The notes under the pieces: model-generated
What the model was told of the DNA's origin: nothing
Databases searched by the model: none
The model's input: only the letters and a program-made list of their open reading frames with translations
Position numbers and translations under genes: made by a program
Shown: positions 39,732 through 48,068 of the stretch, piece by piece
How the letters are laid out: the number at the start of each line of letters is the position of its first letter
Position numbering within the stretch: the first letter of the stretch is position 1
NCBI GenBank assembly: GCA_036377715.1
Contig: DASUXW010000226.1
Coordinates: 1,916-65,915 of the forward strand
Direction of reading: 5' to 3'
DNA from: Gemmatimonadales bacterium
GTDB taxonomy: Bacteria > Gemmatimonadota > Gemmatimonadetes > Gemmatimonadales > GWC2-71-9
DNA length: 64,000 nt

Positions 39732-40754
39732 ATGACACTGCTCAGCGCTACCGATCGCGGGCTGTTCTGCGAAGCGGGTGGATTCCACGTGGATCCGTGG
39801 AGCGCGGTCGACCGCGCGATCGTCACCCACGCGCACGGCGATCACGCGACCCGCGGCTGCGCCGCCTATCTCGCCGCCGCGCCGGGGGTGGGCGTCCTGC
39901 GCCGGCGGCTCGGGCCCGACGCACGGGTCCGCGGCATCGAGTACGGCGAGTCGCTGGACATCCACGGTGTCAGGGTCTCGCTTCACCCGGCCGGGCATAT
40001 TCTCGGCTCGGCATCGGTGCGGATCGAGCACGGCGGCGAGGTCTGGGTGGTCTCGGGCGACTACAAGACCGAGCCCGACCCCACCTGCGCGCCGTACGAG
40101 CCGATCCGCTGCCACACCTTCGTCACCGAGTGCACCTTCGGACTGCCGATCTACCGCTGGCCCGACAGCGCGCGGGTGTTCGGCGGGATCAACGAATGGT
40201 GGCGTGCCAATCAGGAGGCCGGGCGGGCCACGCTCCTCTTCGGCTATGCGCTCGGCAAGGCACAGCGGCTCATCGCCGGGCTCGATCCGACCCTCGGGCC
40301 GATCCTCACGCACGGTGCGGTCGAGAGCATGACGGCCGCCTACCGCGACGCCGGCGTGGTGCTCCCGCCCACGACGCATGTGGCGGCCGCGGGCCGGACC
40401 GCCTGGACGCGCGGGATCATCGTCGCTCCACCTTCCGCCCATGGATCCACGTGGGCCCGCCGCTTCGGACCGCGATCGACCGGCTTCGCCTCGGGCTGGA
40501 TGGCGCTTCGGGGCGAGCGGCGCCGCAGCTCCGTGGACCGCGGCTTTCCCATCTCGGACCACGTGGACTGGCCCGCGCTCCTGGACGCGATCGCGGCGAC
40601 GGGCGCCGAGCGCGTCTGGGCGACACACGGATACACCGAGTCGCTCGCGCGGTGGCTGCGCGAGCACGGCGTGGACGCGCGGGCGATCGCGACCCGCTAC
40701 CAGGGCGAGTCGGAAGAAACGGCGGAGCCCGGCGACGGTGAGCCGGCGGCGTGA
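39732..40754 (+). CDS. Ligase-associated DNA damage response exonuclease (MBL/beta-CASP fold)
   Basis: FCEAGGFHVDPW...IVTHAHGDHA...VSGDYK...ECTFGLPIYRWP...SDHVDWPALL. It is the first gene of the four-family cassette. Confidence 0.85.
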   Translation: MTLLSATDRGLFCEAGGFHVDPWSAVDRAIVTHAHGDHATRGCAAYLAAAPGVGVLRRRLGPDARVRGIEYGESLDIHGVRVSLHPAGHILGSASVRIEHGGEVWVVSGDYKTEPDPTCAPYEPIRCHTFVTECTFGLPIYRWPDSARVFGGINEWWRANQEAGRATLLFGYALGKAQRLIAGLDPTLGPILTHGAVESMTAAYRDAGVVLPPTTHVAAAGRTAWTRGIIVAPPSAHGSTWARRFGPRSTGFASGWMALRGERRRSSVDRGFPISDHVDWPALLDAIAATGAERVWATHGYTESLARWLREHGVDARAIATRYQGESEETAEPGDGEPAA

Positions 40755-42274
40755 GGACGTTCGCCCGACTCTTCCGCACCCTGGAGGAGACTGCCGAGGC
40801 CGACGGAAAGCTGGCCGCCCTGCTGGCCTACGTTCGAGCCGTCCCGCCGAGCGACGCGGCCTGGGCCGTCTACCTGCTGAGCGGCCGGCGGCCCCGGCGG
40901 CTGGTGAGTCCCGCCTGCCTGCGCGCGTGGGCCATGGAGGCGGCCGGCATTGGTGAGTGGCTGTTCGAGGAGAGCCGCCGCGCGGCGGGTGACCTGGCCG
41001 AGACGATCACGCTGCTCGTATCCGATCCCGCCGAGCCGGCGGAGCGACCGCTCGCCTGGTGGATGGAGCAGCGGCTGCTGCGCCTCTCGGGCGAGGACGA
41101 GGCCATCCGGCATTCGGAGATGCTGGCGAGCTGGAGCGAGCTCGGCCGGGACGAGCGTTTCGTGTGGAACAAGCTCGTCCTCGGCGCCTTCCGGCCGCCG
41201 GTCGCGGTGCGGATTCTGGTGCGCGCGCTGGCCGAGGTGAGCGGCCTCGCGCCCGGGACCATCGACCACCGGCTGGCCGAGCCGTGGGAGCCGTCTCCCG
41301 AATGGATGGAGCGCCTGCTCGCTCCCGCCACCAGAGACGTGGAGGTGAGCCGGCCGTACCCATTTCAGCCCGCGGCCGCGCTCGCGGGCGCTCCTGCGAG
41401 TGCCGTGCTCGGCCCGGCCGGCGCGTGGATCGCGGAGTGGCTCTGGGTGGGCCGGCGCGCGCAGCTCGTGCGGCGCGCGGGGCGGACCTTTCTCTGGTCG
41501 CGGGAGCCGGAGCTGCTCACGTCGCGCTTTCCCGAGATCGAGGCGGCGGCCGCCTTCCTTCCGGACGGCTCCGTGGTGGACGGCGAGCTGGTGACGACGC
41601 AGGGCAAGCCGGCGGCGCTCCTCGCGTACGATCTGCTCGAGGAGCTCGGCCGCGACCTCCGCGACCGGCCCCTGAGCGAGCGGCGTGACCGGCTCGCGGC
41701 GCTCATCGCGGGTACGCCGGCAGCGGCCGACAGGCTCGTCCTCTCACCCGTCCTCGAGGCGGCGGACTGGGACGCGGTGGCTGCGCTTCGGGCGCGAGCG
41801 AGGGCCGAGGGCGCCGGCGGGGTGATCCTCAAGCGCCGTGCGGGTCGGTATGGCGGCGCACCGGACGACTGGCTGGCCTGGCGGCTCGAGCCCCTCTCGG
41901 TGGACGCGGTGCTGATGTACGCCCGGCCGGGTGCCGGCGGCCCGTCCGGGCTCGACGCCGAATACACCTTCGGCGTGTGGGACGGCGACGCCCTGGTGCC
42001 GCTGGCCCGCACCGGGTCGGGACTGAGTGAGTCCGAAGGCCGGCGGCTCGACAGTTTCGTCCGCCGCAACACGCTCGAGAAGTTCGGACCGGTGCGCACG
42101 GTGCGGCCCGCGCTCGTGTTCGAGCTGGCGTTCGACCGCGTGGTGCGCTCGGCCCGGCACAAGGCGGGCGTCGCGGTCCGTGGGCCGCGAATCGTCGGCT
42201 GGCGGACCGACCGGCAGCCGGAGCAGGCCGACACGCTCGAGCGGGTGCGAGCGCTGATCGGGCAACCGGAGTAA
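40751..42274 (+). CDS. ATP-dependent DNA ligase homologue of the ligase-associated damage-response cassette; motif I lysine absent (probable pseudo-enzyme)
   Basis: GTGA overlap. The family N-terminus LAALLAYVRAVPPSDAAWAVYLLSG, VDGELV, LLAYDLLE and the OB tail FGPVRTVRPALVFELAFD are present. Motif I reads EWLWVGRR instead of EWKWDGxR. Confidence 0.8.
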   Translation: MRTFARLFRTLEETAEADGKLAALLAYVRAVPPSDAAWAVYLLSGRRPRRLVSPACLRAWAMEAAGIGEWLFEESRRAAGDLAETITLLVSDPAEPAERPLAWWMEQRLLRLSGEDEAIRHSEMLASWSELGRDERFVWNKLVLGAFRPPVAVRILVRALAEVSGLAPGTIDHRLAEPWEPSPEWMERLLAPATRDVEVSRPYPFQPAAALAGAPASAVLGPAGAWIAEWLWVGRRAQLVRRAGRTFLWSREPELLTSRFPEIEAAAAFLPDGSVVDGELVTTQGKPAALLAYDLLEELGRDLRDRPLSERRDRLAALIAGTPAAADRLVLSPVLEAADWDAVAALRARARAEGAGGVILKRRAGRYGGAPDDWLAWRLEPLSVDAVLMYARPGAGGPSGLDAEYTFGVWDGDALVPLARTGSGLSESEGRRLDSFVRRNTLEKFGPVRTVRPALVFELAFDRVVRSARHKAGVAVRGPRIVGWRTDRQPEQADTLERVRALIGQPE

Positions 42275-42283
42275 GGTTTGCTC

Positions 42284-43105
42284 ATGGCGAATTTCATCTG
42301 CATCACCTGCGGCACCCAGTACCCCGAGTCGGCGCTGCCACCCGACCAGTGCCTCATCTGCGCCGAGGAGCGGCAGTACGTCGGCTGGGACGGTCAGCGC
42401 TGGACCACGCTCGACGAGCTGCGCCGGGACCACACCAACCGGCTCGCGCCCGAGGGTCCGGCGCTGGTCGGGATCGGCACCGAGCCGAGGCTCGCGATCG
42501 GGCAGCGCGCGCTGCACCTCCGGACCGCCCAGGGCGGGTTTCTCTGGGACTGCATCAGCCTGGTGGACGATGCCACGGTCGCGGCGCTCCACGCGCTCGG
42601 CGGCATCGCCGGGATCGCCATCTCCCACCCGCACTTCTACTCGTCCATGATCGAGTGGAGCCGCGCGTTCGGCGGCGTTCCGATCTATCTGCACGCGGCC
42701 GATGCGCAGTGGGTCGTCCATCACGACCGCGCGATCGTGTTCTGGGACGGCGATGCCCGCCAGGTGGCGCCCGGCGTCACCCTGGTCCACTGCGGCGGCC
42801 ACTTCGCGGGCAGCACCGTGCTGCACTGGGCGGACGGCGCGGACGGCGGCGGGGCGATCCTGAGCGGCGACACCATCATGGTGGGCGAAGACCGCCGCAC
42901 CGCCGGCTTCATGTACAGCTATCCCAATTACATCCCGCTGGACGCCCGCAGCGTCGAGCGTATCGGCGCCGCGCTCGAGCCCTACGAGTTCGAGCAGGTC
43001 TACGGCGGCTGGTTTCGTCGCAACATCCTGTCGGAAGCGAAACAGGCGGTGCGCTACTCGGTGCGCCGCTACGTACACGCGGTGTCGGGCCGTGGCGGGA
43101 GCTGA
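42284..43105 (+). CDS. MBL-fold protein with N-terminal CxxC-X15-CxxC zinc ribbon
   Basis: MANFICITCGTQYPES...CLICAEERQYVGWDGQRWTT. The metal motif is reduced to ISHPHFY, and CGGHFAGS is also present. The ATG is 10 nt after the ligase stop, and the gene's end overlaps the helicase start. Confidence 0.8.
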   Translation: MANFICITCGTQYPESALPPDQCLICAEERQYVGWDGQRWTTLDELRRDHTNRLAPEGPALVGIGTEPRLAIGQRALHLRTAQGGFLWDCISLVDDATVAALHALGGIAGIAISHPHFYSSMIEWSRAFGGVPIYLHAADAQWVVHHDRAIVFWDGDARQVAPGVTLVHCGGHFAGSTVLHWADGADGGGAILSGDTIMVGEDRRTAGFMYSYPNYIPLDARSVERIGAALEPYEFEQVYGGWFRRNILSEAKQAVRYSVRRYVHAVSGRGGS

Positions 43106-45767
43106 GGGCGGACGGCCGCCCCGGGGCGGTGGGGCGCTCGCGGTGGACCTGCGGCGCGCGCGGGCCGCGCGTCAGCGGGCGGAGCGCGCGGCTCGCCGGG
43201 TCGCGGCGCCCGCCCCCGCGCCCGAGCCTCGCTATCCGGTCGCCTGCGGTGACCGCGAGCCGCTCGAGTGCATCCGCGAATGGTTCCGGCTGCATGGCTG
43301 GCGCCCGTTCCCCTTCCAGGAAGAGGTCTGGCGCGCCTACCTGAGCGGCCAGAGCGGTTTGCTCCATGCCGCCACCGGCACGGGCAAGACGTACGCGGCC
43401 TGGCTTGGCCCCGTCCTCGAGTGGCTGCGGGACTACCCCCTGCGGCCGCGCCGCCGGGAAGCCGCCCCGCCGCTCCGGGTTCTCTGGATCACGCCGCTGC
43501 GCGCCCTCGCCGCCGACACCGAGGCCGCGCTCCGCGCGCCGATCGAGGATCTGGGTCTCCCCTGGACCGTCGAATCACGAACCGGCGATACGCCGGCCAG
43601 GATCCGCGCACGCCAGCGGGAGCGCCTGCCGACGGCGCTGGTCACGACGCCCGAGAGCCTGGAGCTGCTGCTCACGCGCGAGGACGCACCGTCGCTGTTC
43701 GACCACCTCGAGCTCGTGGTGGTGGACGAATGGCACGAGCTTCTCGCGTCCAAGCGCGGGGTGCAGACGGAGCTCGCGCTCGCGCGGCTGCGCCATTTTC
43801 GGCCGGCGCTCCGGATCCTCGGCCTCTCGGCGACGCTCGGCAACCTCGAGCAGGCGCGCGACACGCTGGTGGGGGTGGACGCGGCCGGGGTGCCGCGGCC
43901 GGGCCGCATCATCCAGGGGCTCATCCCCAAGGCGCTCGAGGTGGAGGCACTCATCCCCGAGACGATGGAGCGGTTCCCCTGGGCGGGACAGATCGGACTG
44001 CGCCTGCTCCCCGAAGTCGTGCGCGCCATGGACCAGGCGGCGAGCACGCTGGTCTTCACCAATACGCGGGCCACGGCGGAGATCTGGTACCAGGCCCTGC
44101 TCGCCGCCCGGCCGGACTGGGCCGGCACGATGGCGCTGCACCACGGCTCGCTCGACCGTAAGACGCGCGAGTGGGTGGAGGACGGCCTCCGCGACGGCCG
44201 GCTCCGCTGCGTGGTCTGCACCTCGACCCTGGACCTCGGCGTGGACTTCACGCCGGTGGACCGCGTCCTCCAGATCGGTAGCCCCAAGAGCGTGGGCCGC
44301 CTGGTCCAGCGCGCGGGACGAAGCGGCCACCAGCCGGGAGCGGTGAGCCGGCTGACCTGCGTTCCGACCAACGCGCTCGACCTGGTAGACGTCGCCGCGG
44401 CGCGGGACGCCCTGGCCGCCGGCCGGATCGAGGCCCGCCGCCCGGTGGAGCGCCCGCTCGACCTGCTGGCCCAGCACGCGGTGACCGTCGCGATGGGCGG
44501 CGGGTTCGTCGCCGACGAGCTCTACGACGAGGTGCGCACCACGTACGCGTATCGCGACCTCACGCCGGCGGAGTGGAGCTGGGTGCTCGATTTCACCACC
44601 CGCGGCGGTCCGGCGCTTCGCGCCTATCCCGAGTACAACAAGGTGGAAACGAGGGACGGTCGCTACGTGGTCACCGACCGGCTCGTGGGCATGCGCCACC
44701 GCATGTCCATCGGCACCATCGTGAGCGAAAGCGCGATGCAGGTCCGGTTTCTCCGCGGACGCGCGCTCGGCTCGGTCGAGGAGAGCTTCATCGCCCGGCT
44801 TCGGCCGGGCGATCACTTCACCTTCGCCGGGCGCACGCTGCAGTTCGTGCGGGTGCGCGGAATGACGGCGTACGTGCGAAAGTCGGCCCGGCCCACCTCG
44901 GTGGTGCCGCACTGGTCGGGCGTGCGGATGCCGATTTCGCCCCCGCTCGCGGCGGGGGTTCGAGCCAAGCTCGACGAGGCCCGGCGCGGGATCTACGCCG
45001 GCGCCGAGATGGAAGCGGTGCGGCCGATCCTCGAGCTGCAGGCCGCGTGGTCCCGGCTCCCCGCCGCTGACGAGCTGCTGGTCGAGCGCGTGCAGACGCG
45101 CGAGGGGCACCACCTGTTCTTCTATCCGGTCGAAGGCCGGCTGGTGCACGAGGGGCTCGCCGCGCTGTTCGCTTATCGCCTCGCCCAGCTGGGGCCGATC
45201 TCGTTCACCCTCGCGGCCAACGACTACGGCCTCGAGCTCCTCTCGGCGGAGCCCGCGCCGGTGGAGGAGGCGATCGAGGCCGGTCTGTTCTCGCCCGAGC
45301 ACCTGCTGCACGACATCCCGGCGAGTCTCAACGCGGCGGAGCTCGCCCGCCGGCAGTTCCGGGAGATTGCACGGGTGGCGGGGCTCATCTTCCAGGGGTA
45401 CCCCGGCGCCGCCAAGTCGGTGAAGCAGGTGCAGGCCTCGAGCGAGCTGCTGTACGACGTCTTCGCCCGCCATGACCCCGACAACCTGCTCCTGTTCCAG
45501 GCGCACCGGGAAGTGCTCGAGCGCCAGCTGGAGCAGAGCCGGCTCGGCGCGGCACTCGCCCGCATCGCCGCCGGACCGATTGCGCTGGTGAACGTCGAGC
45601 GCCCGACGCCGCTCGCCTTCCCGCTGCTGGTGGACCGCGCCCGCGAGCAGGTCAGTTCCGAGCGCCTCCCCGAGCGCATCCGCCGCATGGCCGCCCCGCT
45701 CGAGCGCGCCGCGGGGAGTGCGCGGTTCGCACGCGGGCGGAGCCGCGGCTTCCGGAGCGGCTCGTGA
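43092..45767 (+). CDS. Ligase-associated DEXH-box helicase (Lhr-like)
   Basis: FPFQEEVWRAYLSGQSGLLHAATGTGKTYAAW is Walker A and VVVDEWHEL is the DExH box. SATLGN and QRAGRSGH are also present. It has the family's long C-terminal domain. The N-terminal ~50 Arg/Ala-rich residues make the start uncertain. Confidence 0.88.
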   Translation: MAGAEGGRPPRGGGALAVDLRRARAARQRAERAARRVAAPAPAPEPRYPVACGDREPLECIREWFRLHGWRPFPFQEEVWRAYLSGQSGLLHAATGTGKTYAAWLGPVLEWLRDYPLRPRRREAAPPLRVLWITPLRALAADTEAALRAPIEDLGLPWTVESRTGDTPARIRARQRERLPTALVTTPESLELLLTREDAPSLFDHLELVVVDEWHELLASKRGVQTELALARLRHFRPALRILGLSATLGNLEQARDTLVGVDAAGVPRPGRIIQGLIPKALEVEALIPETMERFPWAGQIGLRLLPEVVRAMDQAASTLVFTNTRATAEIWYQALLAARPDWAGTMALHHGSLDRKTREWVEDGLRDGRLRCVVCTSTLDLGVDFTPVDRVLQIGSPKSVGRLVQRAGRSGHQPGAVSRLTCVPTNALDLVDVAAARDALAAGRIEARRPVERPLDLLAQHAVTVAMGGGFVADELYDEVRTTYAYRDLTPAEWSWVLDFTTRGGPALRAYPEYNKVETRDGRYVVTDRLVGMRHRMSIGTIVSESAMQVRFLRGRALGSVEESFIARLRPGDHFTFAGRTLQFVRVRGMTAYVRKSARPTSVVPHWSGVRMPISPPLAAGVRAKLDEARRGIYAGAEMEAVRPILELQAAWSRLPAADELLVERVQTREGHHLFFYPVEGRLVHEGLAALFAYRLAQLGPISFTLAANDYGLELLSAEPAPVEEAIEAGLFSPEHLLHDIPASLNAAELARRQFREIARVAGLIFQGYPGAAKSVKQVQASSELLYDVFARHDPDNLLLFQAHREVLERQLEQSRLGAALARIAAGPIALVNVERPTPLAFPLLVDRAREQVSSERLPERIRRMAAPLERAAGSARFARGRSRGFRSGS

Positions 45768-46429
45768 CCGACGCCCGGGTGTGCCTCGCGGGCGAGGAGG
45801 TGGTGCTCCTTCCCGAGCGGGCGCTCTTCTGGCCCCGCACCGATACGCTGATCGTGGCCGACCTCCACTGGGGCAAGGCCGCGACGTTTCGGGCGGCCGG
45901 CATCCCGATCCCGGCGGGCTCCACCAGCGATGACCTGGCCCGGCTGGATGCCGCTCTCCTCAGGACCGACGCCGGCCGCCTCGTGGTCCTGGGCGACCTG
46001 TTTCACGCCCGGGCGGGTCGCGTGGCCACCGCGACGCTCGCGGCACTCAGGCGCTGGCGGTCACTGCGCGCCAGCCTCGAGATCACGCTGGTCCGCGGCA
46101 ACCACGACCGCCACGCCGGCGATCCTCCGGCCGACCTGCGCATCAACTGCTGCAACGCGCCCGCGTTCGTTCCGCCGTTCGTGCTCCGCCACGAGCCCTC
46201 CGTCTCGGACGCGGGCTACACGCTCGCCGGCCACGTCCATCCCGGGCTCGTGCTGCGCGGCCCGGGACTGCAGCACGAGCGCCTCCCCTGTTTTCTTGTG
46301 AGGGATCGGCTCGCCGTGCTGCCGGCCTTCACCAGCTTCACCGGCTTCGGGATCGTGACGCCCGGCCCGGCCGAGCGCGCGTTCGTGGTGGCGGATGCGG
46401 AGGTGATCGAGGTCCGCGCCGGGGGCTGA
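45764..46429 (+). CDS. pdeM: Ligase-associated DNA damage response phosphoesterase
   Basis: GTGA overlap. LIVADLHWGKAATFRAAGIPIP, GDLFH, VRGNHD, and HEP...GHVHPG calcineurin-like motifs. Confidence 0.85.
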   Translation: MTDARVCLAGEEVVLLPERALFWPRTDTLIVADLHWGKAATFRAAGIPIPAGSTSDDLARLDAALLRTDAGRLVVLGDLFHARAGRVATATLAALRRWRSLRASLEITLVRGNHDRHAGDPPADLRINCCNAPAFVPPFVLRHEPSVSDAGYTLAGHVHPGLVLRGPGLQHERLPCFLVRDRLAVLPAFTSFTGFGIVTPGPAERAFVVADAEVIEVRAGG

Positions 46430-46455
46430 CCCCGGGGCACCACCTCGAAGACGCG

Positions 46456-47994
46456 CTACTGTCCCGCGCTCGCGACCGGGCGCAACAGCAGCCCCGGATC
46501 GGTCCAGATCCAGCTGCCGGTCAGGTGATCGTGCCACCCGGTGCGGTGAGGATCGTCCAGCAGGTGGACGCCGGCGGTCTCGAGCAGCCGCCGGACCCGA
46601 AGCATCACCGGGTTGTACGACCAGCCGACGTAGTACCAGGGCTCGCCCAACCGGTTCAGCACGCGCCACGTGCCGACATACCCGGCCGTGCCGGCCCACT
46701 GCTGGTCCCGGAGGGGAAGCGGCCCCCATCGCCCGTGCCCGTGATAGCGCGATGTGGGCAGCGCCGTCATCGCCAGGCGAACCCTGGCATGGGGCAGCGC
46801 GAAGCGCAGGAAACAGTAGTCCGAGGTCCACGGCACCAGGATCGTGCCCTGCGGGTGGCGCTGCGCCAGTCCGCCGACGAGTCTCGCCAGGACCACCTGG
46901 TCCACCTCGGACGGCATGATCGGGAGCACCAGCAGCCGGTTCGCGAGCGCCAGCCCGGCGATCCCGCCCGCCCACGCCCAGGCCGGCCGGGGCGCTCGGG
47001 CCGCACACCGCTCCAGGCCGACCGCGGCCACCATGGCGAGCGGCAGCAGCGCCGCGGCGTAATAGCGTGGTTCGTGGCCCGCGAGATATGGCAGGATCGT
47101 CACCGCCAGCCAGACCCAGGCCAGACGGAGACTCGGCGGCCATGGCCGGCGCGCTGCGAAGGGCATCAACAGCGCGGACGCGCCGAGGAAGAGGACGAAG
47201 GCCGTCACGCGCTCGAAAGCCCTGGTGCTCGCCGCGACCGCCTGGGCCAGATGCAGCAGCCGGAGCTCCGAGCCGCCCAACAGCCGCAGGACGGCCCCAT
47301 GCACCGCGAGCGCCAGGGCGGCGACGAAGGCGGCGCGGGCCAGCACCGATCGCGGACGGAACCGGCCGTCGCCGGCGACGAGGAGGCGCGCGCTCAGTCC
47401 GGCGAACCCGACGGCCGCCGTCACCCGGCAGAGCATCGCCGCAGCGAGCGCGAGCCCCGCCGCCATCGCGAGCAGCGCGCGTCGCGGCAGGCTCGCGCGG
47501 AACGAGCGCAGGAAGGCCCAGCACGCCAGCGTCCCAAGGAGCAGCGAGGGGACTTCCGACAGGAGCTTGTAGGCCAGATAGAGCGTGACCGGCAGAAACA
47601 GGAACACCACGGCCGCCCGCCGCGCCGCGGAGGGGGCGAGGAGCTCACGATACAGGCCGAGCGCCGCCGCGGCCGTCGCAAGGACCATGGCGGCATAGGT
47701 CCCTTCGATGGCCAGCAACGCAGGGAGCCCGGGGCCGGTGAGGGCCGACAACGCGTGCAGCAGCGCCACGTGTCCGATCTTTCCGGAGAAGTAGCCGGAG
47801 GGAAACAGGTCGACGGCCGCGTCCAGCCGCATCAGCTCGCGGGGCGTGAACCTGGCCGCTGAAAAGAGATAGAAGAATTCGTCCCAGTAGCGATGCGAGC
47901 TCCAGCCCAGAACGAGGAACGCCGCGGCCACGATGCAACTCCATCCCCACCACTGCCTCGCCACCCGACCACTCCTGCGCTCCCGGGGCTCCAA
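46456..47994 (-). CDS. Polytopic membrane protein, putative GT-C glycosyltransferase (ArnT/PMT-like)
   Basis: About 11-13 TM segments. A WDEFFY (DE-type) motif follows TM1. A soluble C-terminal domain follows the membrane region. Confidence 0.6.
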   Translation of the reverse strand: MEPRERRSGRVARQWWGWSCIVAAAFLVLGWSSHRYWDEFFYLFSAARFTPRELMRLDAAVDLFPSGYFSGKIGHVALLHALSALTGPGLPALLAIEGTYAAMVLATAAAALGLYRELLAPSAARRAAVVFLFLPVTLYLAYKLLSEVPSLLLGTLACWAFLRSFRASLPRRALLAMAAGLALAAAMLCRVTAAVGFAGLSARLLVAGDGRFRPRSVLARAAFVAALALAVHGAVLRLLGGSELRLLHLAQAVAASTRAFERVTAFVLFLGASALLMPFAARRPWPPSLRLAWVWLAVTILPYLAGHEPRYYAAALLPLAMVAAVGLERCAARAPRPAWAWAGGIAGLALANRLLVLPIMPSEVDQVVLARLVGGLAQRHPQGTILVPWTSDYCFLRFALPHARVRLAMTALPTSRYHGHGRWGPLPLRDQQWAGTAGYVGTWRVLNRLGEPWYYVGWSYNPVMLRVRRLLETAGVHLLDDPHRTGWHDHLTGSWIWTDPGLLLRPVASAGQ

Positions 47995-48068
47995 CCTCGA
48001 CGCGCGGCCGGGAGCCGGCGGTGACCTACCGCACGCCGCCCCGCCGCCAATCGTGAGTACTTGACTGC

